From Flavobacteriales bacterium (lineage in GTDB: Bacteria > Bacteroidota > Bacteroidia > NS11-12g > UBA955): DNA of 64,000 nt. Position numbers and translations under genes: made by a program. The stretch covers positions 46,951 to 110,950 of the forward strand of contig CANHQZ010000002.1 of NCBI GenBank assembly GCA_947463125.1. The letters are read 5' to 3'. Every line of letters begins with the position of its first letter. Positions within the stretch are counted from its first letter, which is position 1. Shown one piece after another: positions 37,445 through 47,464 of the stretch. The notes beneath the pieces were generated by a model that was not told the DNA's origin, did no database searches, and saw only the letters and a program-made list of their open reading frames with translations.

Positions 37445-38530
37445 ATGGGAACTTACACAAAGGATGATTTTGGTAAGGTGCATTATGCTTACTTTCGCGT
37501 TATGTCTTTGCGAAATATTTCTTACTTAGCGTCTGTTATTCCTGGCTTGCTTGCTATAGTGGGCAACGTAAAAGGCGGATACTGGACGCTGTCTGCAGCG
37601 GCCTTTGCACTGGTGATTCTCGGTTTGGTGGAATGGTTTGCCGGTAAAGACAGAAAAAACAACCATACTGAAAACCGCGATCCGTTTCCGGAGTTTATTT
37701 TATTTCTGCATGTAGCCGTGCAAACGGGCGTACTAATCACATTTTTCTTGGGTATTTATAATCAAACCCTGCAGGATGCATGGGTTTTCTGGGCCGCATT
37801 TTCAACCGGTGTTGCCGCGGGAATTGGTGGAATTGTCCCTGCGCATGAGCTTATCCACAAAGCCAATCCTGTAAAGCAGTTTTTGGGCAAGTATCTATTG
37901 ATGAGTTGCGGAAATGTATATTTTTTCACTCATCACTTGCGTATCCACCATCGCTATGTAGCCACCGACCACGATTCTGCCACGGCCCGAAAAGGGGAGA
38001 GTCTGTACGCCTTTATGTGGCGCACCATTCCCGGTCAGTACCGCGAAGCCTGGCAATCCGAATCAGAGATGCTGGGTAAAAAAGGCAAAAGTGCTTTTTC
38101 CTTTGGCAATGTTCTGTGGGTTCAAACCCTTATACAGCTTGTGTTTTTAACCGTTGTATACCTTGTTCTTGGGCCTGTGGGACTGGCTGCGTGGCTGCTC
38201 TACGTGCTGGTGGCACATGTGCTGCTGGAATATGTGAATTATATAGAGCATTACGGTTTGTACCGCGAAAACGATGAACGTGTTTCGGAGCTGCACAGCT
38301 GGAACAGCGACAGCCGTGTGAGCCGCTATCTGCTGGTGGATTTGAGCCGCCATGCCGATCATCATTTTTACGCCAGCAAGCCTTACCATACGTTGCAAAC
38401 CTTTGACAATGCTCCTGAACTGCCGGGCGGATATGCTGCATTGCTGGTCCCTGCACTGGTTCCGCCTCTGTGGAAAGCCCTGGTGCATCCGCGTTTGGCA
38501 GCGTGGGAAGAAAATCGCAAGGGGGCTTAA
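37445..38530 (+). CDS. Membrane fatty-acid desaturase / alkane hydroxylase (AlkB-like) family protein
   Basis: Three His boxes (HELIHK, HHLRIHHRY, HADHH) in an integral-membrane protein. The true start may be the internal Met at ~37502. Confidence 0.7.
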   Translation: MGTYTKDDFGKVHYAYFRVMSLRNISYLASVIPGLLAIVGNVKGGYWTLSAAAFALVILGLVEWFAGKDRKNNHTENRDPFPEFILFLHVAVQTGVLITFFLGIYNQTLQDAWVFWAAFSTGVAAGIGGIVPAHELIHKANPVKQFLGKYLLMSCGNVYFFTHHLRIHHRYVATDHDSATARKGESLYAFMWRTIPGQYREAWQSESEMLGKKGKSAFSFGNVLWVQTLIQLVFLTVVYLVLGPVGLAAWLLYVLVAHVLLEYVNYIEHYGLYRENDERVSELHSWNSDSRVSRYLLVDLSRHADHHFYASKPYHTLQTFDNAPELPGGYAALLVPALVPPLWKALVHPRLAAWEENRKGA

Positions 38531-38573
38531 ACCTGGGCGCGATTTTTGCGTCTAAAAGGGAAAGGCGCTTACG

Positions 38574-39143
38574 TTGAATCTCGAATCTCACTTTCAATCT
38601 ATCCAAGAAGCAACCGATAACCAGTTGGTGCTGCTGTTTAGGAGGGAAGACCGTCGTGAGATAGCGTTTACCGAGATTATGAATCGCTACAGCCGGAAAG
38701 TGTATTTCCACGTAAGAAACATGCTGCCGAGCCATGAAGATGCCGATGATGCAGCCCAGAATACGTTTGTGAAGGTTTGGGGGAATCTGGAAAAATTTAA
38801 GGGTGACAGCCAGTTATACAGTTGGATTTACCGCATTGCCACCAACGAGGCCCTTACAATTTTGCGCAAGCAAAAACCCAATGTTTCGCTGGAGGATGTT
38901 TTGCCTGAAACCATGGTTTCATCACAGGGAGGTGCTGAAACACTGGAATCCATCAGTCTGAAACTCCGCGAAGCCATGTCAGCGCTGCCACTGAAGCAGA
39001 AAATGGTGTTTTATCTTAAGTATTTTGAAGAACTTTCCTACGACCAGATTTCCGAAATTACAGAAACTTCTGTAGGCGCCCTCAAAGCCTCATATTTTCA
39101 CGCAGTGAAGAAAATTGAACAACATATCGAACGTAGTATTTAA
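38574..39143 (+). CDS. ECF-type RNA polymerase sigma-70 factor
   Basis: Sigma region 2 (FTEIMNRYSRKVYFHVRNML... YSWIYRIATNEAL) and region 4 (LSYDQISEITETSVGALKA). Confidence 0.8.
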   Translation: MNLESHFQSIQEATDNQLVLLFRREDRREIAFTEIMNRYSRKVYFHVRNMLPSHEDADDAAQNTFVKVWGNLEKFKGDSQLYSWIYRIATNEALTILRKQKPNVSLEDVLPETMVSSQGGAETLESISLKLREAMSALPLKQKMVFYLKYFEELSYDQISEITETSVGALKASYFHAVKKIEQHIERSI

Positions 39144-39174
39144 ACCTTTTATAAATTAAAACATCTTACCTACA

Positions 39175-39648
39175 ATGAAACAGGAAAAACCCATAAAGCA
39201 GCCCTTTGAAGCACCAGAAAATTATTTCGTGGACTTCAATCCCAGGGTTATGCAGAAAATAGAGGCTGAAAAGCAGGTGAAATCGCGGGTTTCATTCATT
39301 TTCAGACGTTCTTATGCATATGCAGCGGCCGCAGCCGCGATTATTATATTGATTGGAATAGGCCTTTACAAGGGTATGAATACCACCGAAGATCCCGGCA
39401 AAATGATGGTTGAAACAGTGAAAGCAGAACCTAAATCCGATACCGTTTTGGCAAAAACCAACGTAACCCATGAAGATGCTGTCATACAGGAATGGGTTGA
39501 GAGTGCAGAAGAAAAACCGGTGGTTGCTGTCAATGAATCACAGAAAAGCAAAGAGGAATTAAGTGTTGAACAAGAACTGGAAGCCGAAGGCCTGATTGTG
39601 ATGGATGTGGAAACCGCCTGGCTCGATGAAAACGAAATTTTACCATGA
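39175..39648 (+). CDS. Putative anti-sigma factor-like membrane protein
   Basis: 157 aa with a single TM (AAAAAAIIILIGIGL) and an acidic C-terminal tail. It is directly downstream of the ECF sigma gene. Confidence 0.4.
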   Translation: MKQEKPIKQPFEAPENYFVDFNPRVMQKIEAEKQVKSRVSFIFRRSYAYAAAAAAIIILIGIGLYKGMNTTEDPGKMMVETVKAEPKSDTVLAKTNVTHEDAVIQEWVESAEEKPVVAVNESQKSKEELSVEQELEAEGLIVMDVETAWLDENEILP

Positions 39649-40181
39649 GACATATATTATTTTTATCGTTTTTAGTGAGTCTGGGAAGTGTGTTTGCCCA
39701 GCCGTCAGATTCAGCAAGAAAAGCCAAAGTGGAGGCTATGAAGAAGATTCGCAGGGAATTGTACGTGCAGAAATTATCGCTGAGCGATGAGCAGGCACAG
39801 AAGTTCTTTCCGGTAATGAATGAATTTGAACAAAAGCAACGTGAACTGAAGAAACCGTTTCGCGATAAGTGGGGAACCAAGAAGCCCGAGGAACTTTCTG
39901 ATGCTGAAGCGGAAGTGTATCTCACCGAAGCTCATAAAATGAGGGAAGACGAGCTGAAACTGGCCAAAACATACGGCGATAAACTCAAACCGATTATCGG
40001 AGCTAAAAAGGTGCTGATGCTAAAGCGAGTGCAGCGCGAAGTGCAGGTTGAAATGGTACGTAAATTTCGTGAAATGCGCGGACAGGGAAGACCCGGTGGT
40101 CCCAAAGGCCCCGGCGGGCGCGGAGGTCATCGTCCCGGCGGCAAACACGGCCCGCCACCGCCTCCGCCCGATGATTATTGA
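39645..40181 (+). CDS. Periplasmic LTXXQ/Spy-CpxP-like helical protein with a Gly/Pro-rich C-terminal tail
   Basis: Signal peptide, then helical repeats with LSDEQAQKF-type motifs, ending in [33 protein letters not shown]. It overlaps both neighbours by 4 nt. Confidence 0.45.
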   Translation: MRHILFLSFLVSLGSVFAQPSDSARKAKVEAMKKIRRELYVQKLSLSDEQAQKFFPVMNEFEQKQRELKKPFRDKWGTKKPEELSDAEAEVYLTEAHKMREDELKLAKTYGDKLKPIIGAKKVLMLKRVQREVQVEMVRKFREMRGQGRPGGPKGPGGRGGHRPGGKHGPPPPPPDDY

Positions 40182-41437
40182 TTAACCAACAAAATGAATG
40201 TATCGCTTGTTTCTTTTGTGTGAAACCTGAAGTGATAATCGTAGGCGGCGGCATCTCAGGATTGTCCGCCGCCCGGCTTTTAAGCAGGAGAGGTGTCCCT
40301 TTTTTGTTGCTGGAATCTGAATTGCAGCCGGGGGGCAGGATTCAATCGGAAAATTACGATGGTTACATTCTGGACAAAGGTTTTCAGATTTTAAATACCG
40401 CTTACCCTGAATGGGAAAACCAACAGATTAACCTCAACGCGCTTTCCTTGAAATCGTTTGCCTCCGGTGCCAGAATTTTTCAGCATGGAAAGGTGCATAC
40501 GCTGGCAGATCCCTTCAGGGAAGGGCTTGTAGCCATAGAAGCGTTCTTCTCAAAGTCGGTATCCATTAAAGATATGTTTTTGGTGCTTAAGCTCCAAAGA
40601 CAATTGGAAAAATTGGGTCATCAGCAAATTTTCAGTTCAACGGAAATAACAACCCTGCAGTATTTGCAGGATTATGGCTTCAGCAAAACCTTTATAGAGA
40701 CTTTTTTCAAACCTTTTTATGCCGGAATATTTCTGGAACCGGAATTGAATACCCCGGCTGCTATGTTTGCTTTTGTTTTCAAAGCCTTTGCAGAAGGAAC
40801 GGCCGCATTGCCTGAAAAAGGCATGCAGCAATTGATAAAATTGATTTCATCGGAAATTAACCCTGATTGTATTCTAACATCAACACGGGTGAAACAGGTG
40901 CAGTCCGGATCGGTAACCCTGGAAGATGGTTCCGTGATTTCGGCACAGCATATCTGGATAACTTCGGGTTTATCTAAATTTCAAGGTGTTCAGCGAAATG
41001 CATGGAAAGGCAATCACAGCACTTCGGTATTGTATTTCTCCTCGGATATTGCCCCGAAATGGGGTAAATTCATAGGACTGAATGCCTCAGAAAACAGGCT
41101 GGTCAATCATTTCTGCATGCCATCTGCGGTCCAGCCGTCCTACAGTCCGGAAGGGAAGCATCTGTTAAGCGTGACCTTAAAGCCGGGTACCTCATACAGA
41201 GAAGGCATGGAAACGGAGGTGCAGGAAGAACTCAGGCAGATAAAAGCATTGGAACACCCAATAACTTTCCTCAAAGCCATTTCGGTGACCAATGCCTTGC
41301 CCAATTTAAGTTCCATGCGCTTTGAGCCGGAATTGATTCAGCTGCATGAAGGTGTGCTTGCCACCGGTGACTTTGCTGCATATCCTTCGGCCAATGCCGC
41401 CCTGCACGCAGGCCGCCTGCTCGTGGAAACCCTGTAA
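40178..41437 (+). CDS. NAD(P)/FAD-dependent amine-oxidase-like oxidoreductase
   Basis: Rossmann dinucleotide motif [17 protein letters not shown]...[12 protein letters not shown] at the N-terminus. 419 aa. Confidence 0.7.
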   Translation: MINQQNECIACFFCVKPEVIIVGGGISGLSAARLLSRRGVPFLLLESELQPGGRIQSENYDGYILDKGFQILNTAYPEWENQQINLNALSLKSFASGARIFQHGKVHTLADPFREGLVAIEAFFSKSVSIKDMFLVLKLQRQLEKLGHQQIFSSTEITTLQYLQDYGFSKTFIETFFKPFYAGIFLEPELNTPAAMFAFVFKAFAEGTAALPEKGMQQLIKLISSEINPDCILTSTRVKQVQSGSVTLEDGSVISAQHIWITSGLSKFQGVQRNAWKGNHSTSVLYFSSDIAPKWGKFIGLNASENRLVNHFCMPSAVQPSYSPEGKHLLSVTLKPGTSYREGMETEVQEELRQIKALEHPITFLKAISVTNALPNLSSMRFEPELIQLHEGVLATGDFAAYPSANAALHAGRLLVETL

Positions 41438-41480
41438 GTCAATTACGGAAAATCAGCGGCATACCCTTATTTTTGCCGTA

Positions 41481-43022
41481 ATGTCTAAAGCTCGCCAGAT
41501 CTTAGAGGCCAAACGCGCCGAATCACTGCAGGGTGGTGGTGAAAAACGCATCGCTTCTCAGCACGCCAAAGGAAAACTTACTGCCCGCGAACGTCTAAAC
41601 CTGCTCCTTGATGAAGGCAGTTTCTGCGAAATCGGGGCTTTTGTTACCCACCGCAGCAAGGACTTTGGCATGGAAAGCCAGCAGTTTTTGGGCGATGGCG
41701 TAGTAACAGGCTATGGCAAGGTAAACGGTCGTCTGGTATATGTTTTCTCCCAGGATTTCACAGTTTTTGGCGGTTCGCTCTCCGAAACCCATGCCGAAAA
41801 AATCTGCAAGATCATGGATATGGCCATGGAAAACGGAGCCCCGGTAATTGGCCTCAACGACAGTGGTGGTGCGCGCATTCAGGAGGGGGTGGTTTCTCTG
41901 GGCGGCTACGCCGATATTTTTTACCGCAATGTAATGAGCAGCGGGGTAGTGCCACAAATCAGCGCCATCATGGGCCCTTGCGCCGGCGGCGCGGTGTATT
42001 CTCCCGCACTTACGGATTTTATCATGATGGTGGAAAATACCTCCTACATGTTTGTTACCGGTCCGAATGTGGTAAAAACCGTTACCAATGAGGATGTGAG
42101 CAGTGAACAGCTGGGCGGAGCCTCCGTTCATGGCAGCAAAAGCGGCGTAGCCCATTTTACAGCCGCCAATGAAGTGGAAGCGATACTCAATATTAAACAG
42201 TTGCTAAGCTATTTGCCCCAAAACTGCGAGGAGAAACCGGCAGCACTGAGTTACCATGCCGGCAATGAAACCCGCGATGGTCTTAAAGGAATTGTACCTG
42301 AAAACCCCAATCAGCCGTATGACATGCGCGAAGTGATTGAAAATATTGTGGATGAAGCCAGTTTCTTCGAGGTGCATAAAGCATATGCCGAAAATATTAT
42401 CGTAGGATTTGCCCGCCTTGCAGGCAAGAGCATCGGCATTGTTGCCAACCAGCCTGCCCACTTGGCTGGTGTATTGGATGTGCACAGCAGCCAGAAAGGG
42501 GCTCGTTTTGTGCGTTTTTGCGATGCTTTCAATATTCCGTTGCTGGTGCTGGAAGATGTACCCGGTTTTCTGCCCGGTACAGACCAGGAGTGGAATGCCA
42601 TCATTACCAATGGAGCCAAATTGTTGTATGCATTTAGCGAAGCAACGGTCCCCAGAATTACGGTTATAACGCGCAAAGCCTATGGTGGAGCCTACGACGT
42701 GATGAACAGCAAGCATATTGGCGCAGACATGAATTTTGCCTGGCCCACGGCAGAAATCGCCGTAATGGGTGCCAAAGGTGCTGCTGAGATTATTTTCAAA
42801 AAAGAAATCGATGTTTCCGTTGATTCTCAGCAGGCCTTGAAAGATAAAGAAGCCGAATATGCCGGTATTTTCGCCAATCCTTACCGCGCTGCCGAGCGCG
42901 GGTTTGTAGATGAGGTGATTTTCCCGGAAGAAACCCGGCACAGGCTTATCATGGCTTTTGAAATGCTGGAGAATAAGGTTCGCAACCTTCCACGCAAAAA
43001 ACACGGAAACATACCTCTTTGA
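41481..43022 (+). CDS. Acyl-CoA carboxylase carboxyltransferase subunit (propionyl-CoA carboxylase beta / methylmalonyl-CoA carboxyltransferase family)
   Basis: 513 aa with a duplicated crotonase fold. The N-terminus [12 protein letters not shown]...[21 protein letters not shown] is canonical for PccB/MmdA. The track ORF starts at 41346 and was trimmed to 41481. Confidence 0.9.
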   Translation: MSKARQILEAKRAESLQGGGEKRIASQHAKGKLTARERLNLLLDEGSFCEIGAFVTHRSKDFGMESQQFLGDGVVTGYGKVNGRLVYVFSQDFTVFGGSLSETHAEKICKIMDMAMENGAPVIGLNDSGGARIQEGVVSLGGYADIFYRNVMSSGVVPQISAIMGPCAGGAVYSPALTDFIMMVENTSYMFVTGPNVVKTVTNEDVSSEQLGGASVHGSKSGVAHFTAANEVEAILNIKQLLSYLPQNCEEKPAALSYHAGNETRDGLKGIVPENPNQPYDMREVIENIVDEASFFEVHKAYAENIIVGFARLAGKSIGIVANQPAHLAGVLDVHSSQKGARFVRFCDAFNIPLLVLEDVPGFLPGTDQEWNAIITNGAKLLYAFSEATVPRITVITRKAYGGAYDVMNSKHIGADMNFAWPTAEIAVMGAKGAAEIIFKKEIDVSVDSQQALKDKEAEYAGIFANPYRAAERGFVDEVIFPEETRHRLIMAFEMLENKVRNLPRKKHGNIPL

Positions 43023-43702
43023 TGAAATTTAAAATTCTCAGCATTGCCATTGCTTTATTGGGTGCCGGTAAGCTTTCGGGACAGGAATTTGCCAGGGCTG
43101 AAGTGGATTATTCGGCTTTTACCAAGGGTAAAACCTTTGTCAGTGGCGGTTATGGGCTGATAAATGCCAATTTCATACTGGCAAGAACCCTGGAGAAATC
43201 TTTGCTGAGCGGTTGGGATGAAGTAAATTTCTCAAAGGTTCCCAATATTTATGTAAAAGGGGAGTATGCGCTTTCCAACCACGTTGGTGTAGGATTAAAT
43301 ATTGCCACCGGCGGATTGATTGCACATGTGTTTTTAGACAGTCTAAATAACCAGAATTTGCGCATAGCCGGCGATCTTACCTACAAGAGCTGGAGTGCGC
43401 TTGCACGAATCAATTACCATGTTTTAAATGATGGTCAGTGGGATTTATATGTGGGGCTTGGTTTGGGGCTCAGAATGAATACAGTTAAGGTTACTTCAAA
43501 TGATCCTTTGACAGATCGATGGAATTTTCCCGTAAAACTGGGAATAATCGAAAGGCAGATACCCAATTCCATTTCTTTTCCCTCCGTGGGAGCAGATCTT
43601 ACGCTTGGATTGTCTTACAATGTAACCCCGGGTGTAGCCATATACTCAGAACTGGGGATGGCTAAGAGTGCTTTACAGGCGGGTTTAAGGGTAGGATTCT
43701 GA
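43019..43702 (+). CDS. Small outer-membrane beta-barrel protein (OmpW/OmpA-beta-barrel-like)
   Basis: Signal peptide, alternating amphipathic beta-strands and a C-terminal Phe (…GLRVGF). It overlaps the carboxyltransferase stop by 4 nt. Confidence 0.55.
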   Translation: MMKFKILSIAIALLGAGKLSGQEFARAEVDYSAFTKGKTFVSGGYGLINANFILARTLEKSLLSGWDEVNFSKVPNIYVKGEYALSNHVGVGLNIATGGLIAHVFLDSLNNQNLRIAGDLTYKSWSALARINYHVLNDGQWDLYVGLGLGLRMNTVKVTSNDPLTDRWNFPVKLGIIERQIPNSISFPSVGADLTLGLSYNVTPGVAIYSELGMAKSALQAGLRVGF

Positions 43703-43836
43703 TAAGAGTGCTATTCCGATTTTTCTTGTTTTTTTGCTAAAAATTGCATATATTCATAAAAAAATGGCCCTTTTTGGGTCTTTTTTGCCTGTTTTTTTGA
43801 ATTTTGCCGTTTCTTTGCCTACTCAAAATTCTCAAT

Positions 43837-44301
43837 ATGGATTTAAAAGAAATTCAGGCTCTGATCAAATTTGTATCAACCGCCGGCGTAGATGAAGTTG
43901 AAATCAACCGCAAAGATTTTAAACTGGTTATCAAAAAGAACGCTGTTCAAGTAACAGCCGTTTCTCCTGTTGCTATACCTCAGCAGATTGCTGTACCCTC
44001 AGCAATGCCTGCACCTGCAGTTGCCGCCGCACCTGCAGCGCCTGCATCTAAAACCGATAATCTTATCACCATTAAATCGCCTATGGTTGGTACTTTCTAC
44101 CGTTCCTCAAATCCCGACACACCTGCATTTGTGAATGTGGGCGATGAGGTTAAATCAGGAAAAGTAGTTTGTATCATTGAAGCCATGAAGCTGTTCAATG
44201 AGATTGAAAGCGAAGTAAGTGGCCGTATTGTAAAGGTTTTGGTTGAAAATGCCACACCGGTGGAATACGACCAGCCCTTGTTTCTGGTTGAGCCCGCATA
44301 A
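43837..44301 (+). CDS. accB: Acetyl/acyl-CoA carboxylase biotin carboxyl carrier protein
   Basis: Biotinyl-lysine motif [17 protein letters not shown] and an Ala/Pro-rich linker. The start was trimmed to the ATG at 43837. Confidence 0.85.
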   Translation: MDLKEIQALIKFVSTAGVDEVEINRKDFKLVIKKNAVQVTAVSPVAIPQQIAVPSAMPAPAVAAAPAAPASKTDNLITIKSPMVGTFYRSSNPDTPAFVNVGDEVKSGKVVCIIEAMKLFNEIESEVSGRIVKVLVENATPVEYDQPLFLVEPA

Positions 44302-44323
44302 CCTTCTGTAAAAACAGATTCTT

Positions 44324-45661
44324 ATGTTTAAAAAAATCTTAATTGCCAACCGTGGCGAAATAGCCTTGCGTATTATTCGCACCTGTCGCGAGATGGGGAT
44401 AAAAACGGTAGCGGTTTATTCCACAGCCGATAAGGAAAGCCTCCATGTTCGTTTTGCCGATGAGGCCGTTTGTATTGGTCCGCCTGCCAGCAAAGACAGC
44501 TACCTGAATATGCCCCGAATTCTGGCAGCAGCTGAAGTTACCAATGCAGACGCTATCCATCCAGGTTATGGATTTTTGAGTGAAAACTCGAAATTCAGCG
44601 CTCTGTGCCGGGATCACGGTATTAAATTCATCGGAGCTACCCCCGAACAGATCGACTCTATGGGGGATAAGTCCAATGCCAAAGACACCATGAAAAAGGC
44701 CGGTGTGCCTACCATTCCCGGCAGTGACGGCTTGTTGGAAAGCATAGAGCAGGGGATGAAAATTGCCAAGAAGATTGGTTATCCCGTTATCATTAAAGCT
44801 ACAGCCGGTGGCGGAGGACGTGGCATGCGCATAGTATGGTCTGAAGATGAACTGGAAAACGCCTGGAATAGCGCCAAACAGGAGGCAGGAGCCGCGTTCG
44901 GAAACGACGGGCTCTACATGGAAAAATACATTGAGGAACCCCGCCATATCGAAATCCAGATTGCAGGAGACCAGTATGGTAAGGTTTGTCACCTCAGCGA
45001 GCGAGACTGTTCTATTCAGCGCCGCCACCAAAAACTGATTGAGGAAACCCCCAGTCCGTTTATGACACCTGAACTGCGCAAGAAGATGGGTAAGGCGGCC
45101 AAGGCAGCTGCCGAAATCATCAAATATGAAGGCGTAGGTACTGTGGAGTTTCTGGTGGATAAGCACCGCAATTTCTATTTCATGGAAATGAACACCCGTA
45201 TTCAGGTGGAGCATCCCGTAACCGAGGAAGTAATTAATTACGACCTGGTGAAAGAGCAAATCCTCATTGCGGCGGGAGTGCCCATCAGCGGTAAGGATTA
45301 TGAACCCACCAAATGCGCCATTGAGTGCAGGGTAAATGCGGAAGATATTTACAACAATTTCCGTCCCAGCCCCGGAACCATCACCTCCATGCACAAGCCT
45401 GGCGGCCATGGTACACGGGTAGATTCGCACATTTATGCAGGTTACAGCATTCCTCCGTTTTATGACAGCATGATTGCCAAACTGATTGTGTCTGCCCAAA
45501 CCCGGGAAGAAGCAATTGTGAAGATGGAGCGTGCTTTAAGCGAATTCGTGATTGAGGGTGTAAAAACCACTATACCGCTGCACCAGCAGATTATGCAGAA
45601 TGAAGATTTCCGGAAAGGAAACTTCACTACGGCTTTCATGAACTCATTCGAGATCAAGTAA
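44324..45661 (+). CDS. accC: Biotin carboxylase
   Basis: 445 aa. Full ATP-grasp biotin carboxylase with the canonical N-terminus [26 protein letters not shown]. Confidence 0.95.
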   Translation: MFKKILIANRGEIALRIIRTCREMGIKTVAVYSTADKESLHVRFADEAVCIGPPASKDSYLNMPRILAAAEVTNADAIHPGYGFLSENSKFSALCRDHGIKFIGATPEQIDSMGDKSNAKDTMKKAGVPTIPGSDGLLESIEQGMKIAKKIGYPVIIKATAGGGGRGMRIVWSEDELENAWNSAKQEAGAAFGNDGLYMEKYIEEPRHIEIQIAGDQYGKVCHLSERDCSIQRRHQKLIEETPSPFMTPELRKKMGKAAKAAAEIIKYEGVGTVEFLVDKHRNFYFMEMNTRIQVEHPVTEEVINYDLVKEQILIAAGVPISGKDYEPTKCAIECRVNAEDIYNNFRPSPGTITSMHKPGGHGTRVDSHIYAGYSIPPFYDSMIAKLIVSAQTREEAIVKMERALSEFVIEGVKTTIPLHQQIMQNEDFRKGNFTTAFMNSFEIK

Positions 45662-45798
45662 AGTCCCCTTTATGTAGGGATAACCGGTAATATTCAGCGA
45701 TCGGAATTCCATTGAAGACCACAGAATAACAGGGTGAAAGCAATTTTTATAATTGCGGTACTTTTTATTGCACTTCTTAAAAGCTATTGGTTTAGCCC

Positions 45799-46224
45799 TC
45801 AACGCACCACAATTCCCACCGCCGAAAACTTTACTGAAACTTTCGGTGCTGTGATTTTAGCAGCTTCTGCTCCGCTAAGCCCTTCGCGCTGAGATTCAAT
45901 ACTCTGAGTATCCATATAAAAACGTCCTGCAGCGATACTGTGCATGCCTGCCACATCTTTGGGAATCGAGAATTTTTCAAATCCCACAAACTGCTCCACG
46001 GTGTCATGCTTTAGCACATACCAGCATCCTTCGCCGGTGCACAAGCGGCTGATTTTTCCTTTTATTACAGCTTCTGATTGGCCACTGCTCTTAAATTCTT
46101 CCAAAGCTTCAACTATGGTTGTTGCTTTTGCAGTATCAAATTTCTCACCATAGGAAGTAACGTTGCTTTTGCTGCCGCAAGCAAACAAGCCCAATACAAT
46201 CATGCTTAAAATTATCGGTTTCAT
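45799..46224 (-). CDS. Small lipoprotein of unknown function
   Basis: Lipobox LGLFAC after the Met at 46224. It contains a CTGEGCWY motif. 141 aa after trimming. Confidence 0.45.
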   Translation of the reverse strand: MKPIILSMIVLGLFACGSKSNVTSYGEKFDTAKATTIVEALEEFKSSGQSEAVIKGKISRLCTGEGCWYVLKHDTVEQFVGFEKFSIPKDVAGMHSIAAGRFYMDTQSIESQREGLSGAEAAKITAPKVSVKFSAVGIVVR

Positions 46225-46251
46225 ATTGCAAATAAAACAAAGAAACTGCAC

Positions 46252-47427
46252 TTATGGTTTTAATTGCCCAACGCCGGGAATGAAAGGATAAAGCAGGTAG
46301 CGGCTGCGCTGGTATTCAAACCGGTACAAATCTTCTTTCCATGAATCGCGTATTTTTTTTATAGAAGTTCCATTTAAAATGGCAGTGCGCAATTCGGTTC
46401 CTCCGGCCAGTTTATCAAAGAAAGGATTGAAGAATTTTTGTTTGTCAGGACATGCATTCAGCAGCATTTCATACCACTCAATGTACAGCTGCCGGCTACC
46501 GGTAATATAATTTCTTGCAAAATCCGTGAGAAGAAATCCACGGCAGGTATCACCCAGAAATGGCGGATTGACAGCTTTTCCGGGAATGTTTCTGGGCACA
46601 AACATGTAGTGCCCGTCTTTGAGCCAGGGTGCGCCAAAACACTCAAAAGGCTTATCTGTGCCCCGTCCCATACTCATTATAGTTCCTTCCATGAGGCCCA
46701 GCGTAGGGTAGAGCATGATACTTTCCTGGGTTGGTAAATTCGGTGAAGGCGGAACGGGCAGAATGTAAGCGGTGTTGTGGTCCCAGTTTTGAACCGGTAT
46801 TACTGTTAAAAGACATGTGTCTGCAGTTCTTAACCATTTTTCGCCATTAATCATGCGAGCCAGTTCTCCCAATGTCATACCATGCACCAGCGGTATAGGG
46901 TGCAGGCCTACCATGCTTTCAAATCCGGGCTTTAGCACAGGGCCATCCATGTAGTGTCCGTTGGGATTGGGCCTGTCCAGAACCAGCAATGGTTTTCCAT
47001 TTTCTGCGCAGGCCTGCATTACGTAATGCAAGGTGGTGAGATAGGTATAAAAACGAACTCCCACATCCTGAATGTCAAAAACCACCATATCAATTCCTTT
47101 CAGGTCTTTTTTGGTTGGTTTTACGTGTTTGCCATACAATGAAATAATGGGCAGTTTGGTTACAGGGTCTATGCCAGAAGCTACTTTTTCGCCATTGGCC
47201 GCATGTCCGCGAAACCCGTGTTCTGGCGCAAAAACTTTCTTCACCCTGATTTTTGAAGCCAGCAAGGTGTCTATGAGATGCCTGTTTCCCACTATAGAAG
47301 TCTGGTTGGCAACCACCGCAATGCGCTTCTTTTTGAGCAAAGGGAAGTACATATCGGTGCGATTAGCACCGGTAATTACAGGTTGTGAATTTGCGATAAA
47401 AGCAAATCCCAAGACAAAAACCATGAA
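46252..47427 (-). CDS. DUF1343-family protein (putative exo-beta-N-acetylmuramidase NamZ-like)
   Basis: ~390 aa after trimming to the Met before the signal peptide (MVFVLGFAFIANSQ). Without trimming, the track's long ORF would overlap the divergent permease gene. The family call is from memory of the DUF1343 architecture. Confidence 0.5.
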   Translation of the reverse strand, partial: FMVFVLGFAFIANSQPVITGANRTDMYFPLLKKKRIAVVANQTSIVGNRHLIDTLLASKIRVKKVFAPEHGFRGHAANGEKVASGIDPVTKLPIISLYGKHVKPTKKDLKGIDMVVFDIQDVGVRFYTYLTTLHYVMQACAENGKPLLVLDRPNPNGHYMDGPVLKPGFESMVGLHPIPLVHGMTLGELARMINGEKWLRTADTCLLTVIPVQNWDHNTAYILPVPPSPNLPTQESIMLYPTLGLMEGTIMSMGRGTDKPFECFGAPWLKDGHYMFVPRNIPGKAVNPPFLGDTCRGFLLTDFARNYITGSRQLYIEWYEMLLNACPDKQKFFNPFFDKLAGGTELRTAILNGTSIKKIRDSWKEDLYRFEYQRSRYLLYPFIPGVGQLKP

Positions 47428-47464
47428 TGCAGTTAACCACTTTTGCTGTACTTTTGAGGCAGCA

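Noticed and set aside
38130-38735. 201-aa minus-strand ORF spanning the desaturase end and sigma-factor start
   Set aside because: It is Arg/Gln/Pro-rich antisense translation. Both + strand genes have clear motifs (His boxes and sigma-70 regions).
41346-41480. Upstream extension of the carboxyltransferase ORF
   Set aside because: It would overlap the oxidoreductase gene by 90 nt in another frame. The conserved PccB/MmdA N-terminus begins at the Met at 41481.
42204-43004. 266-aa minus-strand ORF
   Set aside because: It is antisense to the acyl-CoA carboxyltransferase gene, whose + strand product is strongly recognisable.
43703-43803. T-rich tract with a GGCCC/GGGTC imperfect hairpin between the OMP gene and accB
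   Set aside because: The stem is mismatched and the region is simply T-rich. It could be a weak terminator or just the accB promoter region. The evidence is insufficient to call.
44339-45499. 386-aa ORF on the minus strand
   Set aside because: It is antisense to accC (biotin carboxylase), which is full-length and canonical. Its composition is the mirror of a conserved gene.
45662-45798. Possible tRNA/ncRNA or terminator in the accC-downstream intergenic region
   Set aside because: No cloverleaf-compatible segments or T-loop (GTTCRANYC) are present. Only a weak CCC/GGG hairpin without a U-tract is there. It is not supportable.
47072-47464. N-terminal 130 codons of the track ORF 47072..48697
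   Set aside because: This extension overlaps the divergent DUF1343 gene and has no permease features. The LolE/FtsX-type protein begins at the Met at 47465 (MNWPFFLARRL...), immediately before its first TM helix.
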